From assembly GCA_963762715.1 (NCBI GenBank), contig CAVXLT010000005.1, forward strand, positions 148,020 to 212,019: DNA of 64,000 nucleotides, written 5' to 3'. Positions 17,228-26,183 of the stretch are shown here, in pieces; the stretch's first letter is position 1; the number at the start of each line of letters is the position of its first letter. The position numbers were made by a program, and so were the translations under genes. Under the pieces are notes generated by a model. It worked only from the letters and a program-made list of their open reading frames with translations. It had not been told where the DNA came from and did no database searches. The stretch is from an uncultured Thermoleophilia bacterium (GTDB lineage: Bacteria > Actinomycetota > Thermoleophilia > Gaiellales > Gaiellaceae).

Positions 17228-18193
17228 TCACCAGGTAGCGCGCAGGACGCGCAGCCAGTTCTCGTGTGTGATCGACGCCAGCGCCCGCTCGTCGTAGCCT
17301 GCGTCACGGAGCGCGTCGACGAGCTTCGGGAAGTCCTGGGCGCCGGCGAGCTCGGCCGGCACGTCGGCGCCGTCGAAGTCGGAGCCGAAGGCCACGTGCT
17401 CGATGCCCATCCGGTCGACGAGGTAGTCGATGTGGCGCACGATCTCGTCGAGCCCGGTCTCGGCGGGCAGGACGCTGCCGTCCTCGCGCAGGAACGAGAC
17501 GGCGAAGTTGACGCCGACGACGCCGCCCGAGGCGGCGACCGCGTCGAGTTGCTCGTCGGTGAGGTTGCGCGTCGCCGCACAGAGGGCGTGGGCGTTCGAG
17601 TGGGTGGCGACGAGCGGCGCCTCCGAGAGCCCTGCGACGTCCCAGAAGCCACGCTCGTTGAGGTGTGACAGGTCGACGAGGATCCCGAGCCGGTTGCACG
17701 CGCGCACGAGCTCCCGCCCCGCGGCGGTGAGGCCCGAACCGGTGTCCGGCGAGCCCGGGAAGCAGAACGGCACGCCCTCCGCGAACGCGTTCGGCCGCGA
17801 CCAGACGAGCCCCACCGACCGGAGCCCGCGCCCGTACCAGTGCTCGAGATTGGCGAGGTCGGCACGGATCGCCTCGGCGCCCTCGAAGTGGAGGATCGCC
17901 GTGACCCGGGCGGGCGCGAAGTCGTCGGCCGACGTCGCACGGTCGACGGGCAGCGAGCAGAACACCTCGTACAGCTGCTCGGCGGTCGCCGACGCCTCCT
18001 CGAACGGGATCGGCTCCGGAAGCGGCAGGGCGTACGGGATGGAGGTGGGGTCCGGCGGCCGCGGCGACGGGACGTAGAGCGCGAAGAACCCGCCCGCGAA
18101 GCCCGCTGCCCGCGCGGCCTCGAGATCCATGTGCCGCGTCGGCTCGCCGCGCCACCGGTGGAGCACGAGGTCGTTGTGCCCGTCGATGACCAC
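17228..18193 (-). CDS. membrane dipeptidase (peptidase M19)
   Basis: MVIDGHNDL, VDLSHLN, ATHSNA and FGSDFDG motifs. Confidence 0.88.
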   Translation of the reverse strand: MVIDGHNDLVLHRWRGEPTRHMDLEAARAAGFAGGFFALYVPSPRPPDPTSIPYALPLPEPIPFEEASATAEQLYEVFCSLPVDRATSADDFAPARVTAILHFEGAEAIRADLANLEHWYGRGLRSVGLVWSRPNAFAEGVPFCFPGSPDTGSGLTAAGRELVRACNRLGILVDLSHLNERGFWDVAGLSEAPLVATHSNAHALCAATRNLTDEQLDAVAASGGVVGVNFAVSFLREDGSVLPAETGLDEIVRHIDYLVDRMGIEHVAFGSDFDGADVPAELAGAQDFPKLVDALRDAGYDERALASITHENWLRVLRATW

Positions 18194-18234
18194 TGCCGCA
18201 TCCTACGGGCGCCCTGTGGCAGGGTCCCGGGGCT

Positions 18235-18642
18235 GTGACCGACACTCCGCTGCGCATCGTGATCTGCGAGGACGACGAGCGCCTCGCCGCCCTCGTCGAG
18301 GAGGTGCTCGCCGACGATGCGCGCTTCGACGTCGTCGGCCGCGCCCGGGACGGCGACGAGGCGGTCGCCCTGGCGGCCGAGCACGACCCCGACCTCGTGC
18401 TGATGGACATCGGCCTCCCCGGCCGCGACGGAATCGAGGCGACCGCGGCGATCCACGCCGACGACCCCCGCCGGCACGTCGTCATCTACACGGGCTCGGA
18501 TGCCTACGACGACGTCGCCCGTGCCGACGCCGCCGGGGCGGTGGGCTTTCTGCACAAGGATGCGCTCACCTCGCCGGCACTCCCCGACGCGCTCGACATC
18601 CTGCACGTCAACTACCTCGCCGGCACCCCCGACCCGGGCTGA
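18235..18642 (+). CDS. single-domain response regulator (receiver only)
   Basis: IVICEDDE...DLVLMDIGLPGRDGIE... receiver motifs. No output domain. Confidence 0.8.
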   Translation: MTDTPLRIVICEDDERLAALVEEVLADDARFDVVGRARDGDEAVALAAEHDPDLVLMDIGLPGRDGIEATAAIHADDPRRHVVIYTGSDAYDDVARADAAGAVGFLHKDALTSPALPDALDILHVNYLAGTPDPG

Positions 18643-18665
18643 ACTCGATCCCGTAACGTCACGCC

Positions 18666-20030
18666 GTGGAATTCGACGTGATCGTGGTCGGAGCCGGCCC
18701 GGCCGGTGAGGTCTGCGCCGGACGGCTGGCCGAGGCAGGTCTCGAGGTGGCGGTCGTCGAGAGCCGGCTGGTGGGCGGCGAATGCTCGTTCTACGCCTGC
18801 ATGCCGTCGAAGGCGCTGCTGCGCCCGGGCGAAGCGCTCGACGAGGTCGCCCGCATCCCGGGAGCGGCCGAAGCGGTCACCGGCCGGCTCGACGTCGAGG
18901 CGGTGCTGCGGCGCCGCGACGAGGTGGTGCACGGGCTCGACGACTCCGAGCAGCTGCCGTGGCTCGAGCAGCGAGGCGTCCGCGTGCTGCGCGGGCACGC
19001 GCGGCTGGACGGCGAGCGCCGCGTGTCGGTGGACGGCGAGCCCCACACCGCCCGCCGTGCGGTCGTGATCGCGACGGGCAGCGAGCCGCTCGTGCCGCCC
19101 GTCCCCGGGCTCGTCGAGGCACACGGCTGGACGAACCGCGAGGGCACGGTCTCGAGCACGGTGCCGGGCCGCCTGCTCGTGCTCGGCGGCGGGGTCGTCG
19201 GAGTCGAGCTCGGCCAGGCCTGGTCGTCGCTCGGTTCCGAGGTGGCGATCGTGGAGGCAGGGCCGCGCCTCCTCGCCCGGGAGGAGGAGTTCGCGGCGCG
19301 GCTGGTGCACGAGTCGCTCGAGCGGCGCGGGGTCGAGATCCACACCGGTTCACCCGCCGTGCGCGTGGCCCGCGACGCCGCGGGCGTGACGCTGACCCTC
19401 GACTCGGGCGCCGAGCTCCACGGGGACGAGATCCTCGTCGGCGTCGGGCGCCGCCCGGCGACCGGGGAGCTGGGGCTCGAGACCGTCGGCCTCGAGCCGG
19501 GACGGCCGATCGCGGTCGACAGCCACCTGCGCTCGCAGGCGGGCGACTGGCTGTACGCGATCGGCGACGCAAACGGGCGCGTGCTGCTCACCCACATGGG
19601 CAAGTACCAGGGCCGGATCGCGGCCGACGCGATCCTGGGCAAGGAGGCCTCGATCGACCCGCTGAGCGACGGCCCGCTGTCGCCGCGGGTGATCTTCACG
19701 GATCCGCAGATCGCCGCGGTCGGACATACGCTGGCCTCGGCCGGCGAGGCGGGGATCGACGCCCGGGCGGTCGACTACGGCACCTCCGACGTCGCGGGCG
19801 GCAGCTTCTACGGGCGGGGTGCGCCCGGGATCTCCCGGCTCGTCGTCGACGAGCGGCGGCGCGTGCTCGCGGGCGCCACCTTCTGCGGCGCCGAGGTGGC
19901 CGAGTTCGTGCACGCGGCGACGATCGCCGTCGTCGGCGAGGTGCCGCTGCAGCGGCTCTGGCACGCCGTGCCGTCGTTCCCGACGCGCAGCGAGGTGTGG
20001 CTGCGCCTGCTCGAGACCTACGGCCTGTAG
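18666..20030 (+). CDS. FAD-dependent pyridine nucleotide-disulfide oxidoreductase
   Basis: FDVIVVGAGPAGE, redox-active GGECSFYACMPSK, second GxGxxG LLVLGGGVVGVE, AIGDANG. Confidence 0.88.
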   Translation: MEFDVIVVGAGPAGEVCAGRLAEAGLEVAVVESRLVGGECSFYACMPSKALLRPGEALDEVARIPGAAEAVTGRLDVEAVLRRRDEVVHGLDDSEQLPWLEQRGVRVLRGHARLDGERRVSVDGEPHTARRAVVIATGSEPLVPPVPGLVEAHGWTNREGTVSSTVPGRLLVLGGGVVGVELGQAWSSLGSEVAIVEAGPRLLAREEEFAARLVHESLERRGVEIHTGSPAVRVARDAAGVTLTLDSGAELHGDEILVGVGRRPATGELGLETVGLEPGRPIAVDSHLRSQAGDWLYAIGDANGRVLLTHMGKYQGRIAADAILGKEASIDPLSDGPLSPRVIFTDPQIAAVGHTLASAGEAGIDARAVDYGTSDVAGGSFYGRGAPGISRLVVDERRRVLAGATFCGAEVAEFVHAATIAVVGEVPLQRLWHAVPSFPTRSEVWLRLLETYGL

Positions 20031-20048
20031 CCGGGGACCGTCGACCTC

Positions 20049-20345
20049 CTACGTGGGCATCGCCGGCGGCTGGCTCGAGTCGTAGGTCTCGGCCACCGGG
20101 GCGGCGGCGGGAGCGCTCACCGGCCCGTCGTCCGCCAGCTTCTCGTTCAGCTCGCGAATCTTGGCCGCGGCCGCGTCCAGACGGGGGTCGGTGACCTCGC
20201 CTGCCTCGATCAGCTCGAACGTCGCCTTGCCCAGCTCGTTGTAGCTCTGACTCAGCTCGCGCTTCGCCTGGACGTCGTCGACGCCCTCCTTCGCCCTTGC
20301 GGCCGCCTGCTCGGCAGCCGCCTTCGCCTTGTCCAACAAGCCCAT
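20049..20345 (-). CDS. small coiled-coil protein, unknown function
   Basis: MGLLDKAKAAAEQAAARAKEGVDDVQAKRELSQSYNELGK... ATG 20345 lies 12 nt downstream of the preceding gene. GC3-biased. Confidence 0.6.
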   Translation of the reverse strand: MGLLDKAKAAAEQAAARAKEGVDDVQAKRELSQSYNELGKATFELIEAGEVTDPRLDAAAAKIRELNEKLADDGPVSAPAAAPVAETYDSSQPPAMPT

Positions 20346-20356
20346 GGTCCGCCTTC

Positions 20357-21085
20357 CTACTCGAGGATGCCGCCGAGGATACCCGCCACGCCGCCGCCCG
20401 TTTCGTCGCGGCCCCCGCCGGCGGCGGCGAGGACGCGGCGGGCGGTCCGCGAGAACGGCAGCGTCTGCAGCGTCACGTGGCCGGGCCCCGTCATGTGCAC
20501 CAGGAAGAGGCCCTCGCCGCCGAACAGGCTCTTGGCGACGCCGCCCTGCATCTTCACCTCGTACTTGACCGTCGGCTCGATCATCACCATGCAGCCGGTG
20601 TCGATGATCAGCCGCTGACCCGCGGCGAGGTCGAAGTCGAGGAAGTCGCCGCCGCCGTGCAGCCAGACGGTGCCGCTGCCGCGCAGCCGTTGCAGGAAGA
20701 ACCCCTCGCCGCCGCCGCGGATCCCCATCCCGAGCTTCTGGGCGAACGCGCTCTCGATCTCGATCTCGCCGAAGTGGCCGAGGTAGGCGTGCTTCTCGCA
20801 GATGATCTCGCCGTCGAGCTCGTGCTGCCTGATCGAGCCGGGAAACGGGCCGGTGATGCCGACGGCGCCGCCGCTGTTCGCGACGTACCGCGTCAGGAAC
20901 ATGCTCTCCCCGGCGAGCAGCTTCCGCTTCAGCCCGCCCATCAGGCCGCCGGGCATCTCGACGTCCATCGCGATGTCTCCCGAGAGGAACATCATCGCGC
21001 CGGCCTCCGAGGTCAGCCGCTCGCCCGGCTGCAGGCTGACGATCACAGCCGGGGCCTGACCCTCGCGAACGGTCGCCTCCATCAC
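20357..21085 (-). CDS. TIGR00266/AIM24 (DUF124) family protein
   Basis: 242 aa. GESMFLTRY..., GEGFFLQRLRGSGTVWL and GGEGLFLVHMTGPGHVTLQ are typical of this family. Confidence 0.8.
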   Translation of the reverse strand: MMEATVREGQAPAVIVSLQPGERLTSEAGAMMFLSGDIAMDVEMPGGLMGGLKRKLLAGESMFLTRYVANSGGAVGITGPFPGSIRQHELDGEIICEKHAYLGHFGEIEIESAFAQKLGMGIRGGGEGFFLQRLRGSGTVWLHGGGDFLDFDLAAGQRLIIDTGCMVMIEPTVKYEVKMQGGVAKSLFGGEGLFLVHMTGPGHVTLQTLPFSRTARRVLAAAGGGRDETGGGVAGILGGILE

Positions 21086-21133
21086 CGACGACTGTAAACC
21101 ACTCGGCGGCGCGGCCCAAGCCGCCTGGTGGGT

Positions 21134-21866
21134 TCAGCCCGAGTGAGCGAGCGGCGCCGCCTGTAGCTCCCGCTCGATCGCCTGCTCGAGCTCGTGCGGC
21201 TTGAACCCGAACGGCCCTTCGCCGCCCTGATAGGCGATGCGTCCGTCCGCGCCGACGAGGTAGAGGCGGTCCGGCCAGCCGCCGTAGGCGGAGGCGACGG
21301 CGTTGTCGAGCTCGTCGACCACGGCGGGCATCGTCAGCTCCAGCCTGGCGGCGCAGGTGGAGGCGACCGCGTGCCGCTCGGCCGCCGTCACGCGGCTCCC
21401 GCACGGCGATCCCGGAGCGACGGTTCTCGGGGATGATCCAGCCGTCCTCGGGATGCGCCTCGCGGATGTAGACGGCCAGGAAGTGCACGCGGTCGCCGTA
21501 CCGCACGGCCAGATTCTCCAGCGTCCCAACCTGGGCGCGGAACGGTGGTCAGGTGTAGGAGCCGAAGACGAGCGCCACCGGCCGCTCGGCGACGAGCGAG
21601 CCGAGGCACAGCATGCCGGCGCCGTCGAGCCGTGCGAGCTCGAAGTCGGGCGCGGGGTCGCCGACCACGACCTTCGCCGTCATCAGGTTCCGGTAGTCCT
21701 CGCTCGCGAGCACGTCCTGCATCGTCAGCGGCGAGTCGTCCGGCGCCCCGCCCCGGCCGTGGCGGAGCTGCGAGACGAGCATGCCGGGAACCGACCAGCG
21801 CGGGTCGACAGGGCTGCCGCGCGAGACGGTCCGCATGTAGGCGAGGATGTCGCGCGGCGAGGGCAC
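21134..21866 (-). pseudogene. iodothyronine-deiodinase-like thioredoxin-fold protein with in-frame TGA (21549-21551) at the Sec position, plus one apparent frameshift (~21392)
   Basis: ORF 21549..21866 ends ...VALVFGSYT-TGA. The same frame continues PPFRAQVGTLENLAVRYGDRVHFLAVYIREAHPEDGW, so the motif is FGSxT-U-PPF. The C-terminal DELDNAVASAYGGWPDRLYLVGADGRIAYQGGEGPFGF lies in the frame of ORF 21134..21529. Confidence 0.6.
21517..21541 (-). promoter_or_regulatory. SECIS-like mRNA hairpin downstream of the in-frame UGA of the deiodinase-like gene
   Basis: mRNA UCCGCGCCC-AGGUU-GGGaCGCuGGA: 9 bp with two single-nt bulges, starting 7 nt after the UGA. The loop GGU sits about 21-23 nt after the UGA. 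Confidence 0.4.
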
Positions 21867-21965
21867 GAGACGAGCCTAGCCGAGGCGGCTGCGGTTTTCG
21901 AGGGCTTGATCCCGCCGCTGCCTTCACTCGGGAGATCGCCCGACGATGGCTACGAGGAGCGGTGG

Positions 21966-22295
21966 CTACGACCGCGGGTCGCTCTCCTCGACCTGCGCGC
22001 GCGTCTCGACGTGCTTCTCCACGACGAGGTAGCGGTCGTTGCGGTCGACGACGTCCTCGATGTGGGGAACCTCGTGTCCCGGCAGGACGACGAAGTGGTG
22101 TGCGTTCCGCCGAACCAGCTCGTACTCGCGCAACGTCGCCGTGACGCGCTGCGTGCACTCCACCTGGGCGCACTCGCAGACGAGGTCGAGCTCGCCGCCC
22201 CACGCGTCGCTCAGCTCCACGATCCGCTCGTTGACCTGGCGGAATAGCTCTTCGTTGGCGGCGAGCCGCTCTTCGCGAGAGGACATCCGCGACAC
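21966..22295 (-). CDS. small conserved Cys-containing protein (CEC-x3-C), unknown function; paralog of 22376..22660
   Basis: 109 aa. ANEELFRQVNERI...LVCECAQVECTQ...VVLPGHEVPHIEDVV...YLVVEK aligns with the divergent neighbour. Confidence 0.65.
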   Translation of the reverse strand: MSRMSSREERLAANEELFRQVNERIVELSDAWGGELDLVCECAQVECTQRVTATLREYELVRRNAHHFVVLPGHEVPHIEDVVDRNDRYLVVEKHVETRAQVEESDPRS

Positions 22296-22375
22296 GGTAT
22301 CGCCACCGGGCGAATTTGCCCACCTTCAGATGTGGTGGTTGAGCCGGGCCGCAAACGGGAAAGTCCGAAACCTCG

Positions 22376-22660
22376 ATGCAGCGAGCGGAGATCGACCGGA
22401 GGCGAATGAACGAGGAGACGTTCGCCGGTGCCAACGAGCAGATTCGCGAGGCAGCCGAACACCATCGCGTCGATCCGGTGCCCTTTCTCTGCGAGTGCTC
22501 CGCGACGAACTGCAAGGACCTGCTCTCCCTCCCCCTCGACGCCTACCGGAAGGCACGGGCGACCGGCGGCTTCATCATCCGTCCCGACCACGACGATCCG
22601 CACGTGGAGCACGTGATCGAGGATCACGGGACCTACCAGGTCGTCAAGAAGTTCCGGTAG
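22376..22660 (+). CDS. small conserved Cys-containing protein (CEC-x3-C), unknown function; paralog of 21966..22295
   Basis: 94 aa. MNEETFAGANEQI...FLCECSATNCKD...IIRPDHDDPHVEHVI...YQVVKK. Confidence 0.65.
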   Translation: MQRAEIDRRRMNEETFAGANEQIREAAEHHRVDPVPFLCECSATNCKDLLSLPLDAYRKARATGGFIIRPDHDDPHVEHVIEDHGTYQVVKKFR

Positions 22661-22727
22661 CGCTCGGCTTCGCCGCCGCAAGGAGTCCCGATCGGGGTCT
22701 CGCACGGCGTGGCGGAGTCGAGAATCA

Positions 22728-22801
22728 AGCGGATGATGGGACTCGAACCCACGACCTTCTGCATGGCAAGCAGACGCTCTAGCCAACTGAGCTACATCCG
22801 C
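22728..22801 (-). tRNA. tRNA-Gly (anticodon GCC)
   Basis: Reverse complement GCGGATGTAGCTCAGTTGGCTAGAGCGTCTGCTTGCCATGCAGAAGGTCGTGGGTTCGAGTCCCATCATCCGCT folds as a cloverleaf. Anticodon loop is TTGCCAT. No encoded CCA. Confidence 0.93.
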
Positions 22802-22824
22802 GCGGGTGGGAAGTATAGCCGCGG

Positions 22825-23199
22825 TCAGGCGAGGCCGAGACGTTCCGCCATCGCGCCGGCGACCGCCTGCAGGCCCGAGAGCGGGCGGATCATCACGGTG
22901 AAACGCTCGATCAGGCCGTCGTCGTTCTCCTCGAGGATGTCGATCCCCTGCAGGTCGCGCTCGCCCACACTCGCCTCGAAGAAGAGGATCGTCGTCTGCC
23001 CGTCGCGCCACTCGTTCACGTAGCGGAAGTTCTCGAAGACGGTGGCGACGAGGCGCAGGATCTGCTCGACCTGCTGCTTGCCCTCGTACGGCTTGTAGAC
23101 CGCCGGGCTCCGGAAGACGACGCTCTCGGCGATCGTCGCGAGCGCCGCGTCCTCGTCGCCCGCCTCGATCGCCCGCCCGAACGGATGCGAGACGCTCAT
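22825..23199 (-). CDS. SnoaL/NTF2-like fold protein
   Basis: 124 aa. Size and pattern (FRSPAVYKPYEGKQQV...FENFRY...) resemble NTF2-like proteins. Assignment is weak. Confidence 0.55.
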   Translation of the reverse strand: MSVSHPFGRAIEAGDEDAALATIAESVVFRSPAVYKPYEGKQQVEQILRLVATVFENFRYVNEWRDGQTTILFFEASVGERDLQGIDILEENDDGLIERFTVMIRPLSGLQAVAGAMAERLGLA

Positions 23200-23287
23200 A
23201 GGTCGACCTCCGGTTGACCTATGACTGCCGCTCCGGCGCCGGCAAAGCCGGCGCCTGCGCTCGTGGTGAGCTCCGTCGAGCCTACGC

Positions 23288-23686
23288 TCACGCGGCGTCC
23301 AGTGCCTCGTTGACGAGCCTGTCCGCGAGCTCGTTGTGGGCGCGCTTCACATGCCGATACTCCACGCCCGAGAGCTGCCGCGCAAGTCCGCTCGCCTCGA
23401 CGAAGAGCCCGCGCAGGGCCTCGTTCTTGACGCGGTACTCGCCGCGCATCTGCTTCACCATCAGCTCGGAGTCGGAGACGACCTCCACCTCGGGCACCTG
23501 CAGCTCGAGCGCCTTGCGCAGCCCCTCGACGAGACCGCGGTACTCGGCGACGTTGTTGGTCGCCGTGCCGATCGCGACGCCTTCCGCCGCGAGCACGGTG
23601 CCGTCGTCGGCCTCGAGTACGAAGCCGTAGGCGGCCGGGCCGGGGTTGCCGCGCGCACCGCCGTCGGTGAAGAGCCTTGCCTTCAC
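23288..23686 (-). CDS. ribonuclease H (RNase HI family)
   Basis: FTDGGARGNPGPAAYGFVL, TNNVAEYRGL and DSELMVKQM motifs (D-E-D catalytic pattern). Confidence 0.85.
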   Translation of the reverse strand: MKARLFTDGGARGNPGPAAYGFVLEADDGTVLAAEGVAIGTATNNVAEYRGLVEGLRKALELQVPEVEVVSDSELMVKQMRGEYRVKNEALRGLFVEASGLARQLSGVEYRHVKRAHNELADRLVNEALDAA

Positions 23687-24006
23687 GAGAGCAGCTCGTA
23701 CACGTCGAAGGCCGGCTCCTCGTACGGATGCGCGAGCCGGAGCGCCGCGATCACCGCATCGTGCTTCTCGGCGGGAAACACCGTCTCGAGCCGGAGCTCG
23801 GGCACGCGCTCCTCCACCCCGGGCTCGCCGACCGCCGGCGACGTCCCGTCACCGCCGAGGAAGGTGCCTGTTCCCGCCGTGTACCACGAGCAGCGCCGGT
23901 AGTCGCCGATCTCGCCCGCGCCGGCGCCGAACAGCGCGTCGCGGACCGGGTCGAGCGACTCGGTTGGGACGAAGACGACGAGCTTCCGGTTCACGGTTAC
24001 GGACAC
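23683..24006 (-). CDS. NIF3/YqfO cap-domain-like small protein
   Basis: 107 aa. KLVVFVP...VRDALFGAGAGEIGDY..CSW...GTF.....P.VGE...E.V.E.RLE...HPYEEPAFDVY. ATGA overlap with the RNase H gene. Confidence 0.55.
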   Translation of the reverse strand: MSVTVNRKLVVFVPTESLDPVRDALFGAGAGEIGDYRRCSWYTAGTGTFLGGDGTSPAVGEPGVEERVPELRLETVFPAEKHDAVIAALRLAHPYEEPAFDVYELLS

Positions 24007-24029
24007 TAGCGGCGGGGTAGGCGAGGCTC

Positions 24030-24401
24030 ATGGCGACACTTCACGTCCAACCGCGGCCGACACCCGAGGAGCGCGCCGGCGACGACCTCCAGCTCGAGGT
24101 CGACGAGGATCTCACCGTCTTCGCCTCGACACTCGAGGAGTGGACGACGCCCCGTCAATCCTGGGAGTTCACGCTCCACGAGGGGCACGACTTCGGCCGT
24201 GCGAACAACGTCGAGGGCCGGCTGCTCTTCGTCCAGGGCGAGCAGACCTCGTCGGCCCGCTTCCGGCTCGACCAGCTCGACTCGGTCGACGACTACCAGG
24301 ACACGCTCGTGCTCCGCTTCGAGGAGCGCGACGGCATCTGCAAGGCGATCTCGTGCACCTCGAACGGGCTCGAGATCGACCTGCACCACATCCTGCTGTA
24401 G
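24030..24401 (+). CDS. hypothetical acidic protein
   Basis: 123-aa GC3-biased ORF. No recognised motif. Confidence 0.5.
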   Translation: MATLHVQPRPTPEERAGDDLQLEVDEDLTVFASTLEEWTTPRQSWEFTLHEGHDFGRANNVEGRLLFVQGEQTSSARFRLDQLDSVDDYQDTLVLRFEERDGICKAISCTSNGLEIDLHHILL

Positions 24402-24447
24402 CCGGACCCTGAACCTGGTTCGCGCAGCGAACCAGGTCACCCGACTA

Positions 24448-25887
24448 CTACGGCGCCGGGTGCTCCTGGTTGTCGATCTGCGCGCGCTGCAGCTTGCCGC
24501 TGTAGTCGACGTAGATCGACTTCCACTCGGTGAAGACGTCGAGCGCCGCCTGGCCCGCCTCCCGGTGGCCGTTGCCGGTCTGCTTCATGCCGCCGAACGG
24601 CAGATGCACCTCGGCGCCGGTCGTGCCGGCGTTCACGTAGGTGATGCCGGTCTGCAGGTCGCGCATCGCGGCGAAGGCCTTGTTCACGTCGCGCGTGAAG
24701 ATCGACGACGAGAGGCCGTACTGCACGCTGTTCGCCGCGCGGACCGCGTCCTCGAACGTGTCGACCGGGATCAGCGCGGTCGTGGGGCCGAAGATCTCCT
24801 CCTGGGCGATCCGCATCTGCGGCTCCACCTCGGCGAACACCGTCGGGCGGTAGTAGAAGCCGTGACCCGAGACGCGCTCGCCGCCGGTGAGGAGCTTCGC
24901 TCCCTCGTCGCGGCCGATCTCGGTGTACGAGTGGATCTTCTCCACCGCCGTCTCGTTGATCACCGGCCCGATCTCGGTGTCGTCCTCCCAGGGGGCGCCG
25001 ATGCGCATCTGCTCGGCGCGCGCCACGAGCTTCCGCTGCAGCTCCTCGTACACCCCGCGCTGGACGATCACGCGCGAGGCGGCGGTGCAGCGCTGCCCCG
25101 CCGTGCCGAAGGCCGACCAGACGATGCCGTCGACGGCGAGGTCGACGTCGGCGTCGTCCATCACGATGATCGCGTTCTTGCCGCCCAGCTCGAGGTGCAC
25201 GTGCTTGAGCCGGTCGGCGGCGTTCTTGGTGACGAGCACGCCCGTCTCGCGGGAGCCGGTGAAGGTGATGATCGGCACGTCGGGGTGGCGCACGAGCGCG
25301 TCGCCCGCCTCCTCGCCGAAGCCGTGGACGATCTGCACGACGCCCTCCGGCATGCCCGCCTCGTGCAGCAGCTCGACGAAGCGCTGGGCGAGCAGCGGCG
25401 TGTCCTCGGCCGGCTTCAGCACGACCGTGTTCCCGCACACGAGCGCCGGGCAGAGCTTCCACGCGGGGATCGCGATCGGGAAGTTCCACGGGGTGATCGC
25501 GCCGACGACGCCCACGGGCATCCGCACGCTCATCATGAACTTGTCGCGGAGCTCGGAGGGCGTGGTATGCCCGAAGAGGCGCCTGCCCTCGCCGCCCATG
25601 TAGTAGCTCATGTCGATCGCTTCCTGCACGTCGCCGCCCGCCTCCGCCTTCACCTTCCCCATCTCGCGGGTCATCAGGTCGGAGAGCTCGGGCTTCGAGC
25701 GCTCGAGCAGCTGCGCGAAGCGGAAGAGGATGTTGCCGCGCTCGGGCGCCGGCACGAGCCGCCAGTCCTCCCAGGCCGCACGCGCGGTCGCGACGGCGCG
25801 GTCGACGTCGTCGGCGCCGGAGCGCGGGAACGTCTCGATCACCTCGCCGGTGGAGGGGTTGAGCGATTCGAAGGTCGCGTTCGCCAT
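24448..25887 (-). CDS. NAD(P)-dependent aldehyde dehydrogenase
   Basis: 479 aa, intact. ITPWNFPIAIPAWK, LELGGKNA, GQRCTAASR and EEIFGP motifs. Confidence 0.92.
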   Translation of the reverse strand: MANATFESLNPSTGEVIETFPRSGADDVDRAVATARAAWEDWRLVPAPERGNILFRFAQLLERSKPELSDLMTREMGKVKAEAGGDVQEAIDMSYYMGGEGRRLFGHTTPSELRDKFMMSVRMPVGVVGAITPWNFPIAIPAWKLCPALVCGNTVVLKPAEDTPLLAQRFVELLHEAGMPEGVVQIVHGFGEEAGDALVRHPDVPIITFTGSRETGVLVTKNAADRLKHVHLELGGKNAIIVMDDADVDLAVDGIVWSAFGTAGQRCTAASRVIVQRGVYEELQRKLVARAEQMRIGAPWEDDTEIGPVINETAVEKIHSYTEIGRDEGAKLLTGGERVSGHGFYYRPTVFAEVEPQMRIAQEEIFGPTTALIPVDTFEDAVRAANSVQYGLSSSIFTRDVNKAFAAMRDLQTGITYVNAGTTGAEVHLPFGGMKQTGNGHREAGQAALDVFTEWKSIYVDYSGKLQRAQIDNQEHPAP

Positions 25888-25907
25888 CAGGCGAACCCTA
25901 GACGAGG

Positions 25908-26135
25908 CTACTCGTCCGGCGGTTCGACGTCCGGGAACGTGCCGCTCACACGGGGCCGGCGGCGGTCGCGCGTCTCACGGCGCTCCCGGAACGATCCCCC
26001 GTCCTCGCCGTGGCGCCGGTCGGGCCCTTCGCGACGGTCGACGATCACCGTCACGTTCGGATTGCCCTCGTAGTAGGCGACCATCTTGTCGTAGAGCTCG
26101 GCCTCGAGCTCGCGGGGGACAACGCAGTAGATCAC
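25908..26135 (-). CDS. small hypothetical protein with an Arg/Asp-rich tail
   Basis: 75 aa, MIYCVVPRELEAELYDKMVAYYEGNPNVTVIVDRREGPDRR... GC3-biased and co-directional with its neighbours. Confidence 0.5.
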   Translation of the reverse strand: MIYCVVPRELEAELYDKMVAYYEGNPNVTVIVDRREGPDRRHGEDGGSFRERRETRDRRRPRVSGTFPDVEPPDE

Positions 26136-26183
26136 CTGCTCAGTGTACGGCCAGACCCGGGCGGCGCCAGCCCCCGAGGTGAT

